A stretch of DNA of 46,953 bases from a virus (taxonomy: Duplodnaviria > Caudoviricetes): positions 1 to 46,953 of the IMG/VR virus record IMGVR_UViG_3300032083_003244; one strand, written 5' to 3'. The stretch's first letter is position 1, and each line of letters opens with the position of its first letter. Both the position numbers and the translations under genes were made by a program. Below the pieces are notes generated by a model. That model ran no database searches, was not told the origin of the DNA, and worked only from the letters and a program-made list of their open reading frames with translations. Below are positions 8,815-18,658 of the stretch, one piece after another.

Positions 8815-11418
8815 ATGCCTACAATTAACGGACGGAATTACTCAGGTGTTCCTGGGTTAAACATTAGAGCCAACAACGGTGTTATCCGTTTTGAAACGCC
8901 AAGCATTACTCCCACGACTGCCACGGGAGAACGCATGTTGTATGTAAACAGCTCTAACGAGTTGATTTTCAACAACGGCTCTGGGACAACGGTCATTGGT
9001 GCTGGTGGTGGTGGTTCTACCCCTACGTGGGAAACTATCTTCGCCTCTGATGCAACATTCACGGTTACACCAGATGCTACATGGACGATTGCAGGAAACC
9101 GCTCAACAGCAACAGACGTTGTTACAATCACAAACATCGCTGGTGGATCTGGCTCCTGTCTTCAATTTACGAACTCCGGATCTGGTAACGATGTTGATGG
9201 TTCTGCGAACACATGGAGCGTGTCTAAGGCTGGTGCCGCCTCGTTTCTCACCGTAACCCTCACAGGTACAACGATGACGTCCACGGCTGAGAACGTCGCC
9301 TGGGCATTGAAAGACAACAGCGCAACAGCCCTATCCATTGGCGCTTCCGGTGATACGGACATGATGGTGTTTGATACATCGAACGCCGGTCCTGTCGTTA
9401 AATTCAATGATGCGCTCACCGTTGTAGACGGTATCGCTACGTTGATTAGTTCAAGCAACACGGTTTCTAACCTACTCGTAACGAACAACACTGCTACGAC
9501 ATTCGGCGCGGATGCTGATTCATCTGGCGTTGTTGTATTTCGTTCCACGTCACTCACGACAGGCTCTCTTCTTCAACTCCAACTTACAGAAGCAACGTTG
9601 AATGGAGGTTTCTATCTCACAGGACGTGATGTAACCGGTGGTGCTAACGTGTTCACGATTGGTGAGAACGGTGTGATGGTTATGGCTGGTACCGCTGGCT
9701 CTGACTCTCTCACTCTCACGGCTGGTGATGTCGCCTTATCTGACGGTTCTATCACGGTGACTGATGCAGATAACGCAGCGACATTTTCGATCACAAACAA
9801 CACAGCAACGACGGCTTCCGTAGCTGTTCTTGCTGGATCAGGTACGTTTACCGGATCTACAACCACTTCGTTCTTCACGATCACACCTTCTGGTCTCACA
9901 ACCGGTACGGCTGTCTATTTGCCAGTCGCCGCTATGACGACGGGAAAGGCTTTGCACGTCGTCTCCAACGCGATTACTTCTGGTAAGACAGTCCACATTA
10001 CTGGTACGGCTGGTAACGCTCTCACGTCCGGTGAATTGCTCACTCTTGACCACACCTCCGGAAACATCACGGGAACGCTTAACAAGAGCGGCAACCTCTC
10101 GTCTGTCACCTCTGCTCGTACGGTTACGACCGGTACGGTCTCTGATGACTACGACGCATTGCTTATCGCACGCTCTTCCACGATCAACGGCGCTGGTGCG
10201 TTTACCGCTGCTGGTTCGGTGCTCAACCTAACCAATACGGTCACGAACAGCTCCGGTACAGTTGCTGATACAACCAACGGTCTTGAGATCACGATGTCTG
10301 CTGGTGGTACTGGGTATGGCATTTTACTCACGCACTCTGGTGTTCTTGCGACCACCGCTTCTGCGGTGAGTGTGGTAGCCAACGCTGCTACGACTTCGAC
10401 AGGTGTCATCCGTGTGAGTGCAACAGGTTTGACCGATGGTTTCGTCGTCGCTCTCACTGGTGGTGGCGCGAACTTTACAGCCTCCGGAGGCATGATGAAC
10501 CTCTCCATGGGCGCGGCTACGGTCGGTGCCGGTATCGCGGTCACCACGACTGGCGTTTACACGGGTGCCGGTTTGCTCCAGCTCACAGCGAACAGCGCGA
10601 CGACAGGTACGATCGCGGTCATCACAGCCAACGGTCTCACAACTGGTACGGCTCTTACGCTCACATCAAGCGGTACGATCACCACAACTGGCGAGATGCT
10701 TTCGATCGTCGCAAACAGCGCGACAACTTCTACCGGATTGCTTCGTATCTCTGGTACGGGTTTGACCGATGGGTATGTTGCTGAGTTCACGGGAGGTGGT
10801 GCGAATTTCACCGCTACCGGTGGAATGATGAACCTCTCAATGGGTGCCGCGACGGTTGGTGCGGGTATCAAAATTGCGACGACGGGTGTGTATACGGGTG
10901 CTGGTCTATTGCAGCTTACGGCTGCTTCTGCCACGACCGGTGTCATCGCTCAGATCACCGCGAACGGTCTTACGACTGGTAACGGTTTGAACGTCAGCTC
11001 CTCGGGCACGATCACATCAAGCGGTTCTGGTCTCGTGGTTGTCACGGCTTCCGGTCTCACGACTGGTTACGCCATGCAAATCACGGATGGTGGTGCGTCT
11101 AACACACTCACCTCCGGAAGCATGTTGCGCGTCTACTCCAACTCGAACGATACGACTGCTCGTGGAGTGGTCTCAATCGTTCAGGACAACGCTTCTGCTA
11201 CTGGCGCAACTCCAATCTTGATTCAGCAAGACGGTGTGGTTTCTACCAACTACCGCCGCTTAATCAAGGAATCGGCTACGGGCATCACGATCTGGATGGG
11301 TAACGGCACGACAGCGAACGGAACCTTGTCTGGTACGGCTGGTGACATCCTCATCAACGGAGGATCGAACAAGCCTGAATACTGCACAGGTACAACTAAC
11401 TGGACTGCTTTGGTCTAA
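8815..11418 (+). CDS. Thr/Gly/Ala-rich virion fibre or decoration protein (beta-solenoid-like)
   Basis: 867 aa, very T/G/A/S rich; internal duplication with a 111-aa offset. Confidence 0.7.
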   Translation: MPTINGRNYSGVPGLNIRANNGVIRFETPSITPTTATGERMLYVNSSNELIFNNGSGTTVIGAGGGGSTPTWETIFASDATFTVTPDATWTIAGNRSTATDVVTITNIAGGSGSCLQFTNSGSGNDVDGSANTWSVSKAGAASFLTVTLTGTTMTSTAENVAWALKDNSATALSIGASGDTDMMVFDTSNAGPVVKFNDALTVVDGIATLISSSNTVSNLLVTNNTATTFGADADSSGVVVFRSTSLTTGSLLQLQLTEATLNGGFYLTGRDVTGGANVFTIGENGVMVMAGTAGSDSLTLTAGDVALSDGSITVTDADNAATFSITNNTATTASVAVLAGSGTFTGSTTTSFFTITPSGLTTGTAVYLPVAAMTTGKALHVVSNAITSGKTVHITGTAGNALTSGELLTLDHTSGNITGTLNKSGNLSSVTSARTVTTGTVSDDYDALLIARSSTINGAGAFTAAGSVLNLTNTVTNSSGTVADTTNGLEITMSAGGTGYGILLTHSGVLATTASAVSVVANAATTSTGVIRVSATGLTDGFVVALTGGGANFTASGGMMNLSMGAATVGAGIAVTTTGVYTGAGLLQLTANSATTGTIAVITANGLTTGTALTLTSSGTITTTGEMLSIVANSATTSTGLLRISGTGLTDGYVAEFTGGGANFTATGGMMNLSMGAATVGAGIKIATTGVYTGAGLLQLTAASATTGVIAQITANGLTTGNGLNVSSSGTITSSGSGLVVVTASGLTTGYAMQITDGGASNTLTSGSMLRVYSNSNDTTARGVVSIVQDNASATGATPILIQQDGVVSTNYRRLIKESATGITIWMGNGTTANGTLSGTAGDILINGGSNKPEYCTGTTNWTALV

Positions 11419-11426
11419 TGAATCAA

Positions 11427-11451
11427 GGGGGGTGGCAAAACGCCACCCCCC
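11427..11451. terminator. GC-rich hairpin, possible terminator or processing site
   Basis: GGGGGGTGGC-aaaac-GCCACCCCCC; no clear U-tract. Confidence 0.45.
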
Positions 11452-11461
11452 TGTACAGGCT

Positions 11462-11800
11462 ATGTCTAATTTCTCCGATAAACTTTACAAGGCAGATATC
11501 AACTTTAGTGGCTCTGGCGATAACACCATCATTGCCGCACCTTCATCTGGAAGGATCGCTGTTGACTTCATTAGCGTTTATCCCGCTGCCGCTACAACGA
11601 TCCAAGTTAAAGATGGCTCAACAGCCTATGGTGGTTCGTACCCTTTATCTGCAAAGCAACCATTCGTGTTTGAAAACACAACGGAAGCCTACGATGGCGT
11701 CATTACTTGCAGCTTTGGAAACCCACTTGTTATTAACTCAGACACGGCTGTCGCCGTTACGGGCTTTGTTAGATACCGTCTTCTCGATGTTTCTACATAG
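11462..11800 (+). CDS. Small beta-rich virion protein
   Basis: Start at CTATG 11462 (MSNFSDKLY...). Confidence 0.65.
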   Translation: MSNFSDKLYKADINFSGSGDNTIIAAPSSGRIAVDFISVYPAAATTIQVKDGSTAYGGSYPLSAKQPFVFENTTEAYDGVITCSFGNPLVINSDTAVAVTGFVRYRLLDVST

Positions 11801-11855
11801 TTTTAAGAAAACCGTGGTTATAAAAATTATCTTCATAAGTTAACCACACATACCT

Positions 11856-12800
11856 ATGAGTGCTATTGGCGGTCCAGGCGGAGGTTCTTCATCTACATCG
11901 GTAACAAATACCTCCATTGCAGTAGGTGGGGGTAATTCAACGTATTCAAACAAATCTAACGATTTTGCTGCTACTCCCACCGTTGGAACGAAGAATATTG
12001 TCTTGTCCGCTTATGCGAGCATGGTTTTTTCTTCATCCATCTCTGTTGAGAGTTTTTTGAACGCGATCATCAAGCGTATTTCAAGTGCTGGAGCCGTGGA
12101 TACGCTCCCAATGACAACTCTCTCGTGGTCTGCTTCCACGAACACGCTCACGTTGACGGACATGACATCCAACTTCGCTGTTGGAGATTCTGTGGCTGTT
12201 TATGTTATAGGTCCAGATAAGGGGTATGACGAGCAATTCGACCTGAATAAGATTTCTGGTAATGCCGCTGCTGGTAGTGTTGACGTGGGAAACCCAGTCA
12301 AGACTGGTGGTGTATACCAAACATCTGCTCCAGTTTATACGAATGGACAACGTGGAAATTTTCAGATTGATGCCGGTGGCAATCAAAAGATGGTGGAGCA
12401 ATATGCTGCCGTGGCAGAAGACAACACAAACGGTGTTATTGCTATTGTTCGTAGACCTCTCGCTGTCTCTACCTACGCACCGACAGCCGCACAAAGTAAT
12501 TCGTTTACCACAACAAATCTTAAAGCATCTACTGGAAACGTGTATGGTTTCTCTGTAATCAACACATCTGGTGCTGATCGCTACCTCCAATTTCACAACA
12601 CCGCGACAACCCCAGGAGGCGGAGCAACGGCAGCGTTTAAGTTCTTAGTTCCTGCGGGAACGATGCTTGTCCTTAGTGAAAACGACTGGGGTGGTCCACT
12701 TACCTTCACGACGGGCATTGCCTACGCTAACTCAACAGCAGCAGCGACCTATACAGCAGGAACGGCTGGTGATCTGCTCTTAGACGTATTCTACAAATAA
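11856..12800 (+). CDS. Virion structural/fibre protein
   Basis: 314 aa, S/T/G rich, C-terminal beta-sandwich-like segment. Confidence 0.65.
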   Translation: MSAIGGPGGGSSSTSVTNTSIAVGGGNSTYSNKSNDFAATPTVGTKNIVLSAYASMVFSSSISVESFLNAIIKRISSAGAVDTLPMTTLSWSASTNTLTLTDMTSNFAVGDSVAVYVIGPDKGYDEQFDLNKISGNAAAGSVDVGNPVKTGGVYQTSAPVYTNGQRGNFQIDAGGNQKMVEQYAAVAEDNTNGVIAIVRRPLAVSTYAPTAAQSNSFTTTNLKASTGNVYGFSVINTSGADRYLQFHNTATTPGGGATAAFKFLVPAGTMLVLSENDWGGPLTFTTGIAYANSTAAATYTAGTAGDLLLDVFYK

Positions 12801-12801
12801 T

Positions 12802-13302
12802 ATGGGTGTTATCGCTGTTTCTAAGCCAAGTATTAAAAAAACGTTCAAAGATGTTACGTTGAACGTGAATAATACTACGGGTTCAATCGCTACATTTACG
12901 GTCACAGGCACCGTCCAAGTCTACGCCTTTTGGGGGATTGTGACGACACAGTTTTCTTCTAACATTACCGATGTTCATTTACGGCTCAACGATCAAACCG
13001 CGACGGTTGATATGACATTGGCCACAGGAGCTACCATGTCTAATATGGCCGTTGGGGCGCTCTTGATAAAAGATTCTGATGGAGCAGTAGATCCTTTAAC
13101 TGGGATCAATTCAACGGCTGGAGCTTTCGGTGATTCTGGAGGGCAAGGTGTTCCTAATGCCATGCCATTCTTTGTTCAAAAGAAGACAGGCGCAACGACG
13201 ACTATCGACTTTCGATATACAACCACCAACACACCATCAACCGGAGCGGTAAGATTCTGGGCGGTTTGGGAGGCTTTATCTGACGACGGCGCTCTCTCCT
13301 AA
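12802..13302 (+). CDS. Virion structural protein
   Basis: 166 aa, beta-rich, 1-nt spacing from the upstream gene. Confidence 0.65.
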   Translation: MGVIAVSKPSIKKTFKDVTLNVNNTTGSIATFTVTGTVQVYAFWGIVTTQFSSNITDVHLRLNDQTATVDMTLATGATMSNMAVGALLIKDSDGAVDPLTGINSTAGAFGDSGGQGVPNAMPFFVQKKTGATTTIDFRYTTTNTPSTGAVRFWAVWEALSDDGALS

Positions 13303-13313
13303 GCTATGGGCGT

Positions 13314-13415
13314 TTCCTACCAGAAAAAATAGACTTCGTGTTCCGTATACTGTCCATGCAAAACACCAACGCAGACATCTCCTGTCATTGGGATTTAATT
13401 CTTGTCAAGAACTAA
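13314..13415 (+). pseudogene. Orphan C-terminal gene fragment
   Basis: Frame without an upstream start reads FLPEKIDFVFRILSMQNTNADISCHWDLILVKN*, ending 1 nt before the next ATG. Confidence 0.35.
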
Positions 13416-13416
13416 T

Positions 13417-13671
13417 ATGCCTAGATATCAAAAAATTAGTAGTAATGGTTCCATCACGACCTTTCGCGTCATATCTGATAGCGGATTGAGCGAAGTGCGC
13501 TCATCCGTTTGCCTTAGTGGAGAAACAGAAGACCAGATGATGTCTCGCCATGCTCATCACCACAATGACGAGCTAATAGCAGCAAGAGCAAGGCTTGATG
13601 CCGCTTTGTTGGCCGCACCAGGGCAAGAACGTGCTGCTATTGCTAAAGATTCCTTACCAATTAGACCTTAA
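13417..13671 (+). CDS. Hypothetical protein
   Basis: TATG start at 13417, 84 aa. Confidence 0.55.
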   Translation: MPRYQKISSNGSITTFRVISDSGLSEVRSSVCLSGETEDQMMSRHAHHHNDELIAARARLDAALLAAPGQERAAIAKDSLPIRP

Positions 13672-13674
13672 TAT

Positions 13675-14445
13675 ATGCCGCGCTTTCGGATTCGTGACAT
13701 CCCATATTCCATCTACATTTCCGGAGCAGATGGCGCGGCTGGCAATGCGCTTAGCTGCGCTAATAGCTCAAGCCTTAACCCTACGGCGGCCGTCACACTT
13801 GAAACTTGGTTTAGACCCGTTGGAACGCCAAAGGCTTTTGTCCTCATGGACAATTCTCAAACTGGCGTAACTCAGGCTCCGCTTATTATCATAGGGGCTG
13901 CTGGTACCGTGAGTTGGTTTAGTACCATAAACAGCGTTACAAGAAATATAAATAACGCTTCTTCAAGACTGGCAAAATGGAATGAGTGGAACTTCTTATC
14001 TGCTACGTACAACGGCTCAGCGATCATTCTATTCTTAAATGGACAGCAATTAACGGAGACAACAACTGGGCTTAGTGGAAGCATTGGAGTAAATACGGGT
14101 ACGTTTCGTATGGGCGCATATTTTTCTGGTGGGTCAAGCCTTACAATGCAGGGTTTTATCTACCGTCCGCGCATGTACTCAGTTGGTATATCTCTTGCGG
14201 AACACCAGGATAGGTATTTTAGGGATATAACAAGTGCGTCACTCTTGGCTGGGTTACGTCTTGATGGAGCTATGGCAGAAGGTTCTGGAGGTACATCAGC
14301 AGACGTTTCTGGCAACTCAAACACGATCACACTCGGTGCTTCTGCTTCTTGGTCAACACAAAGCCCGTTTAAGGCCAAATCGGCTACGACAAGAAGCGCT
14401 GCTTCTGGTAAAATAGCTAGGGTTGGTAGCATCCAAGTAACGTAA
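13675..14445 (+). CDS. LamG/concanavalin A-like domain protein
   Basis: TLETWFRP, WNFLSATYNG..LFLNG and EGSGGTSADVSGNSNT motifs. Confidence 0.8.
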   Translation: MPRFRIRDIPYSIYISGADGAAGNALSCANSSSLNPTAAVTLETWFRPVGTPKAFVLMDNSQTGVTQAPLIIIGAAGTVSWFSTINSVTRNINNASSRLAKWNEWNFLSATYNGSAIILFLNGQQLTETTTGLSGSIGVNTGTFRMGAYFSGGSSLTMQGFIYRPRMYSVGISLAEHQDRYFRDITSASLLAGLRLDGAMAEGSGGTSADVSGNSNTITLGASASWSTQSPFKAKSATTRSAASGKIARVGSIQVT

Positions 14446-14447
14446 CT

Positions 14448-14663
14448 ATGCCGAAGCAACGCGCTCAATCTAAGTTACAGGAACATATTGAGCGCCATGA
14501 TAAGATATCTGACGCTATGGCTCTTGATATTAAAACTATCAAGGAGAACCACCTGGCTCATATCCAAGCAAGTATGGCCGCTTTTGAAGCTAACCTAGAA
14601 TGGTTAAAGTGGGGTATAATGCTCATCATAGGAGGAATCGTGGCTCTTTATTTTAAACAGTAA
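14448..14663 (+). CDS. Small membrane protein (coiled coil plus C-terminal TM), holin/XhlA-like
   Basis: ENHLAH...WLKWGIMLIIGGIVALYF. Confidence 0.55.
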   Translation: MPKQRAQSKLQEHIERHDKISDAMALDIKTIKENHLAHIQASMAAFEANLEWLKWGIMLIIGGIVALYFKQ

Positions 14664-14666
14664 CAT

Positions 14667-14879
14667 ATGTCCGACAAAGCCCTATCTACCATCCTGCACA
14701 CCGTTGAAGCCCTCGCTGTCCTTGGTATCTCCGTAGCCATCGCCTACATGTTCCCAGAACATGCCAAGGAAGCACTGGCAGCAGCTTTCACGATTCTTTC
14801 CTTCCTAATCAAAGGAGCGCGCGTCTCTTGCGACGTACCCATCCCAGATTACGTTAACCCTCCACAAGAAAAGTCATAG
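14667..14879 (+). CDS. Putative holin (2 TM)
   Basis: Two hydrophobic helices in 70 aa; next to other lysis-like genes. Confidence 0.5.
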   Translation: MSDKALSTILHTVEALAVLGISVAIAYMFPEHAKEALAAAFTILSFLIKGARVSCDVPIPDYVNPPQEKS

Positions 14880-14951
14880 GACTTTTCTCCAAGCTCACGG
14901 GTTTCATTGGCGTGGCCTTGGAGCGAGAGTCTTATACTTATCCTCACACAT

Positions 14952-15257
14952 ATGTCCCGAACAGTTACACACGACGTAGAGTCATTCGACCAAGAAGAGT
15001 TAGCTTTGATGGCTTCAAGCGGCGTTACTGCCGATGAGGTACGTGAGTTCATCCGCACAAGTGGTCCACAGGCTGTGAACACGGCTATCATGGGGATTAA
15101 CACAATCCGCGAAGGTCGTGGTCAAGAACGTAACGAACCGTTCTCTCCTCAAAGCGCCCCTCTTACAGGCAGTACTGAAACCAACGGGGTAGAAAGTCAT
15201 GCCTTTGGTGAAGCTCCTGGTGAGGATTTAACCTCTCCACCTGCCCAAGAGATGTAA
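14952..15257 (+). CDS. Hypothetical acidic protein
   Basis: CATATG start at 14952. Confidence 0.55.
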   Translation: MSRTVTHDVESFDQEELALMASSGVTADEVREFIRTSGPQAVNTAIMGINTIREGRGQERNEPFSPQSAPLTGSTETNGVESHAFGEAPGEDLTSPPAQEM

Positions 15258-15362
15258 TCCTGAGAGAGATGCCTACTGGGTTATTGATTAAATACCTCAA
15301 CGCACTGTACTAGGCGTTTCGCTTCTGCCCCGAGTGACGAAGGGGCAGGGTCGAAAACATCT

Positions 15363-15812
15363 ATGATCTACCTATCTCAACGTGATCCACGCTGGTCACA
15401 TGTAAAACTCGGAGACTCACAGCTAACCGTTGGACGCTATGGATGTACGACTACCTGTATCTCTATGATTTCTGATTATTTCAGGTGTTATGTGCGTCCA
15501 GACATCATCGCTGCTGATGCCTCAAGGTACACAAAGGATGGTCTGGTGCTTTGGCAGAACATGAAGTTTGCCAATTTTAAGTTTGAGAAGCGTCTCTACA
15601 CCCGTGACGATACTGAGATCATCACCTCTCTCAAAGACCCTAAGAAAGCTGTTATCCTCCAGGTAGATAACCAACAGCATTGGGTTGTTGCCCTGAGCAA
15701 GACATGGTTCGGCAAGGATTATAACGTCCTTGATCCATGGTTCGGGGATAAGAGAACAGCCTGTGGCACTTATAAAAATATAACCGGCTCAGCTCACTTC
15801 GTGAGAAAGTAA
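15363..15812 (+). CDS. Peptidase C39-like cysteine peptidase (candidate endolysin)
   Basis: YLSQRDPRW...GRYGCTTTC (Cys), QHWVV (His), LDPW (Asp). Confidence 0.8.
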   Translation: MIYLSQRDPRWSHVKLGDSQLTVGRYGCTTTCISMISDYFRCYVRPDIIAADASRYTKDGLVLWQNMKFANFKFEKRLYTRDDTEIITSLKDPKKAVILQVDNQQHWVVALSKTWFGKDYNVLDPWFGDKRTACGTYKNITGSAHFVRK

Positions 15813-15813
15813 T

Positions 15814-17214
15814 ATGGCATATCCTGCACCGCGCGTTGAGATGGTTAGAGAGAACCTGATCCGTGTCTACCACCCAGAGCTTATTGAGCCTCAGACATTT
15901 CTCACAGAATCTGTGGCTGCTTCTGATGTTACCCTTGCGGTGCAGAACTCATCTCTTTTTAGCAACACAGACCCACAGGATTTGGTTTTGATGGAGGAGC
16001 TTGGCTCAGACAAGGCAGAAATCAAGCGTATCAATGGAGCTATATCGTCAAATACATCACTCACCGTTCAGGCACTCAGTTTCTCTCATGGGGCAGAGAC
16101 GATGGTTTCTAAGATTTTGTTTAACCAGGTTGAGCTTTCTGGTGCAACTACGTTGGCTGGGTCAAAGACCGTTATATCTACGACAAACATTAACGTGAGT
16201 GGACCATATACGGATCTTGTTGTCACAAGTACTACGTATTCTTTTTACTTTGTACGATTTTACAATAGCCTTTCAACCACCACCTATTTTGGTGCATATT
16301 CTGCTGGTGTATCGTCCTCTGACCTAGATCCGAACACGGTTGGGTTTGCTAGACGTACAGCCTTCAAGAATGTCAATGAAGCCTTTGGAGGAAAATACGA
16401 CACAGCCTGGGTTCTTGACCAGATATTCCTCTGTGAGCTTGATGTACAGAAAGAATTAAAGCGTTGGTCATGGCTTACGGCTTTTAATTATGATCTTGGC
16501 AACGTAGCCACGGGATTAAGACGCATCGCCCTTCCATCTGACATAGAAGATAACCAAACAAACAAATCAATCCTCGGTGTGCGTATTGGCACCTTCACAC
16601 CGATGAATTACGTGGATTGGAGTGAGTTCACCTACATGATGCGTTCTATCGCCTATACAACAGTGGCAACGACAGCAACCATAGGTGCTACCTCTCTTAT
16701 TCTGACAGATAGTAGGGACTATGATGACTCTGGAACTATAAATATCGCTGGCACACCATATACCTATACAGCAAACACACGTTCAACAAATACACTCTCT
16801 GGATTCACAGCGTTTGCGGCTCAGATAGATTCTGGATCTGAGGTATGGCAAAACGCCACCTTTGGCTTACCTACGATGTACACGGTAAGTAGTGGTTACA
16901 TCTATTTCGTGACGCCTCCCTCATCTGATTACAATGGGCGCAATATCTACCTAGATTATTATAAGAAGGTTACACGCAAGGAAACCGATACAAGCACATT
17001 TGATGTGAACGACCCTCAGCTCGTCATTTATTGGTTGGAGATGGCGGTTAAAAAGGAGCGTGCGAATGGAGAGCTGCCAATCACAGATTCCTCTCTCCTC
17101 CAGTACCAGGAGAGGAAGAAGCGCCTAAAAGACAACGAGCAATCAGGGCAAATACTTACAATCATTCCTGCGATGCCTTCAACCGGAAGGTACAGCCGAT
17201 CCTGGAAACGCTAA
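15814..17214 (+). CDS. Putative head-tail adaptor/tail tubular protein
   Basis: 466 aa; RWSWL and YIYFVTPP..IYLDYYK segments resemble podovirus adaptor proteins; position. Confidence 0.5.
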   Translation: MAYPAPRVEMVRENLIRVYHPELIEPQTFLTESVAASDVTLAVQNSSLFSNTDPQDLVLMEELGSDKAEIKRINGAISSNTSLTVQALSFSHGAETMVSKILFNQVELSGATTLAGSKTVISTTNINVSGPYTDLVVTSTTYSFYFVRFYNSLSTTTYFGAYSAGVSSSDLDPNTVGFARRTAFKNVNEAFGGKYDTAWVLDQIFLCELDVQKELKRWSWLTAFNYDLGNVATGLRRIALPSDIEDNQTNKSILGVRIGTFTPMNYVDWSEFTYMMRSIAYTTVATTATIGATSLILTDSRDYDDSGTINIAGTPYTYTANTRSTNTLSGFTAFAAQIDSGSEVWQNATFGLPTMYTVSSGYIYFVTPPSSDYNGRNIYLDYYKKVTRKETDTSTFDVNDPQLVIYWLEMAVKKERANGELPITDSSLLQYQERKKRLKDNEQSGQILTIIPAMPSTGRYSRSWKR

Positions 17215-17217
17215 GAT

Positions 17218-18657
17218 ATGAAACTGCCACAAGTCATCGTACAATCAGATTTCTCCGCTGGGGTTATAGATGACAAGTCCGTGGCAGACTCGTTACTCCC
17301 TCGTAATGCCGTCCGCAAGTCTATTAACTTCATGTTTGATAGGCCACGTGGTTCTGCTGCTCAGCGTCTTGGGACAACCCTATTAGGCAGTGCGGCTGTT
17401 TCCGGTTCTGCTATCCTTGGTATCCACAACCTGAGACAAGCCGTTGGCTCTAATAGCCAGCTTATCGCTGCCAGCGCTGGAACGCTTTACTACCTCTCTG
17501 GAGGCACAACGTGGACATCTAGCTCTACGGGTCTTGATCCATCGGCTAAGGTACGTTTCATTACCTACCTTGATATTGCCGTGGCACTAAACGGCATTGA
17601 TGGAGCGCGTGCCTGGAGTGGTTCCGGATCTTGGTCAACGACAGGAACGGCACTAGACGTAGGGAACTGGCCAGTCACACGTTACGCAGCGCTTTTAGCT
17701 GGTAGAGTCTTCGCAGCCGGTAACACTTCTCTCCCTAGCCGTCTCTATGCTTCATCTATCGTTTCTGCTAGCGCTGTTTCTTGGACTTCTGGCAATAAAA
17801 CTGTTGATGTTTTTCCGAATGACGGTTCTGGGTCTATTACTTCTATTATTGGTAACGGTCGTCTCATTCTTGTTTTTAAGGATAGATCCCTGTGTCGCTA
17901 TGATGATGCCTCACTCCAGCGTGTGTGTTTCATTGGCACACCGTCACACGAATCAGTTTTTAACGACGATAAAGGGATCACCTATTTCTTTGGACAGGGA
18001 GCAAACAGTGTCGGGTTCTACGCAACGACAGGTGGATACCCAGAGAAAATTTCTAGACCTATTCAAAAGTGGGTAGAGGCAATCTCTGCATCAAACTATT
18101 CCAGCGTAGCTGGATTCACAGATGGTAGAAAATGCTATTGGTCTGTTGGGGATATTACGATTGGAGACAGAACATACCAAAATGTGTGGTTGGTTTACGT
18201 TATAGGAGATCAATCATGGGAGATACGCTCGTACGCAAACCGTTATAACGTCTTCTCTCTTTACATAAACTCAGGAGGTAACATGACCACTGTTGGAGGA
18301 GATTCTGTCGGTAACGTGCAAACGATTGATCTTGGGAATACAGACAACGGAACACCTATCTCCTATGAGGGCGAGTTTGCTCCACAGTTTTTCGGTACAA
18401 AGGGTCAGACAAAGGTCATTGGTGATATTGTTGCGATAGCTCCAGTATTTAATGGTGTAGGAGTTTTTATTTCCATTGACGATGGTGATTTTATCCAAAT
18501 GGGATCTATGGATAAGAAGGTTAGACGCTTCTCTGGTAAACGAAACATGCGAGGGCATAAGTTCACACCAAAGATATCAGGGGTAAATAGTGGAGAGCCT
18601 GTTTTATTTGAAGGGTTTGAATATCCTGACGTAAATAACGAAGGTTATACCATCTAA
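17218..18657 (+). CDS. Putative tail nozzle/stabilisation protein (beta-propeller, P22 gp10/T7 gp12-like role)
   Basis: DFSAG N-terminus, GRVFAAG, SRLYAS and ILVFKD blade-like motifs. Confidence 0.6.
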   Translation: MKLPQVIVQSDFSAGVIDDKSVADSLLPRNAVRKSINFMFDRPRGSAAQRLGTTLLGSAAVSGSAILGIHNLRQAVGSNSQLIAASAGTLYYLSGGTTWTSSSTGLDPSAKVRFITYLDIAVALNGIDGARAWSGSGSWSTTGTALDVGNWPVTRYAALLAGRVFAAGNTSLPSRLYASSIVSASAVSWTSGNKTVDVFPNDGSGSITSIIGNGRLILVFKDRSLCRYDDASLQRVCFIGTPSHESVFNDDKGITYFFGQGANSVGFYATTGGYPEKISRPIQKWVEAISASNYSSVAGFTDGRKCYWSVGDITIGDRTYQNVWLVYVIGDQSWEIRSYANRYNVFSLYINSGGNMTTVGGDSVGNVQTIDLGNTDNGTPISYEGEFAPQFFGTKGQTKVIGDIVAIAPVFNGVGVFISIDDGDFIQMGSMDKKVRRFSGKRNMRGHKFTPKISGVNSGEPVLFEGFEYPDVNNEGYTI

Positions 18658-18658
18658 T

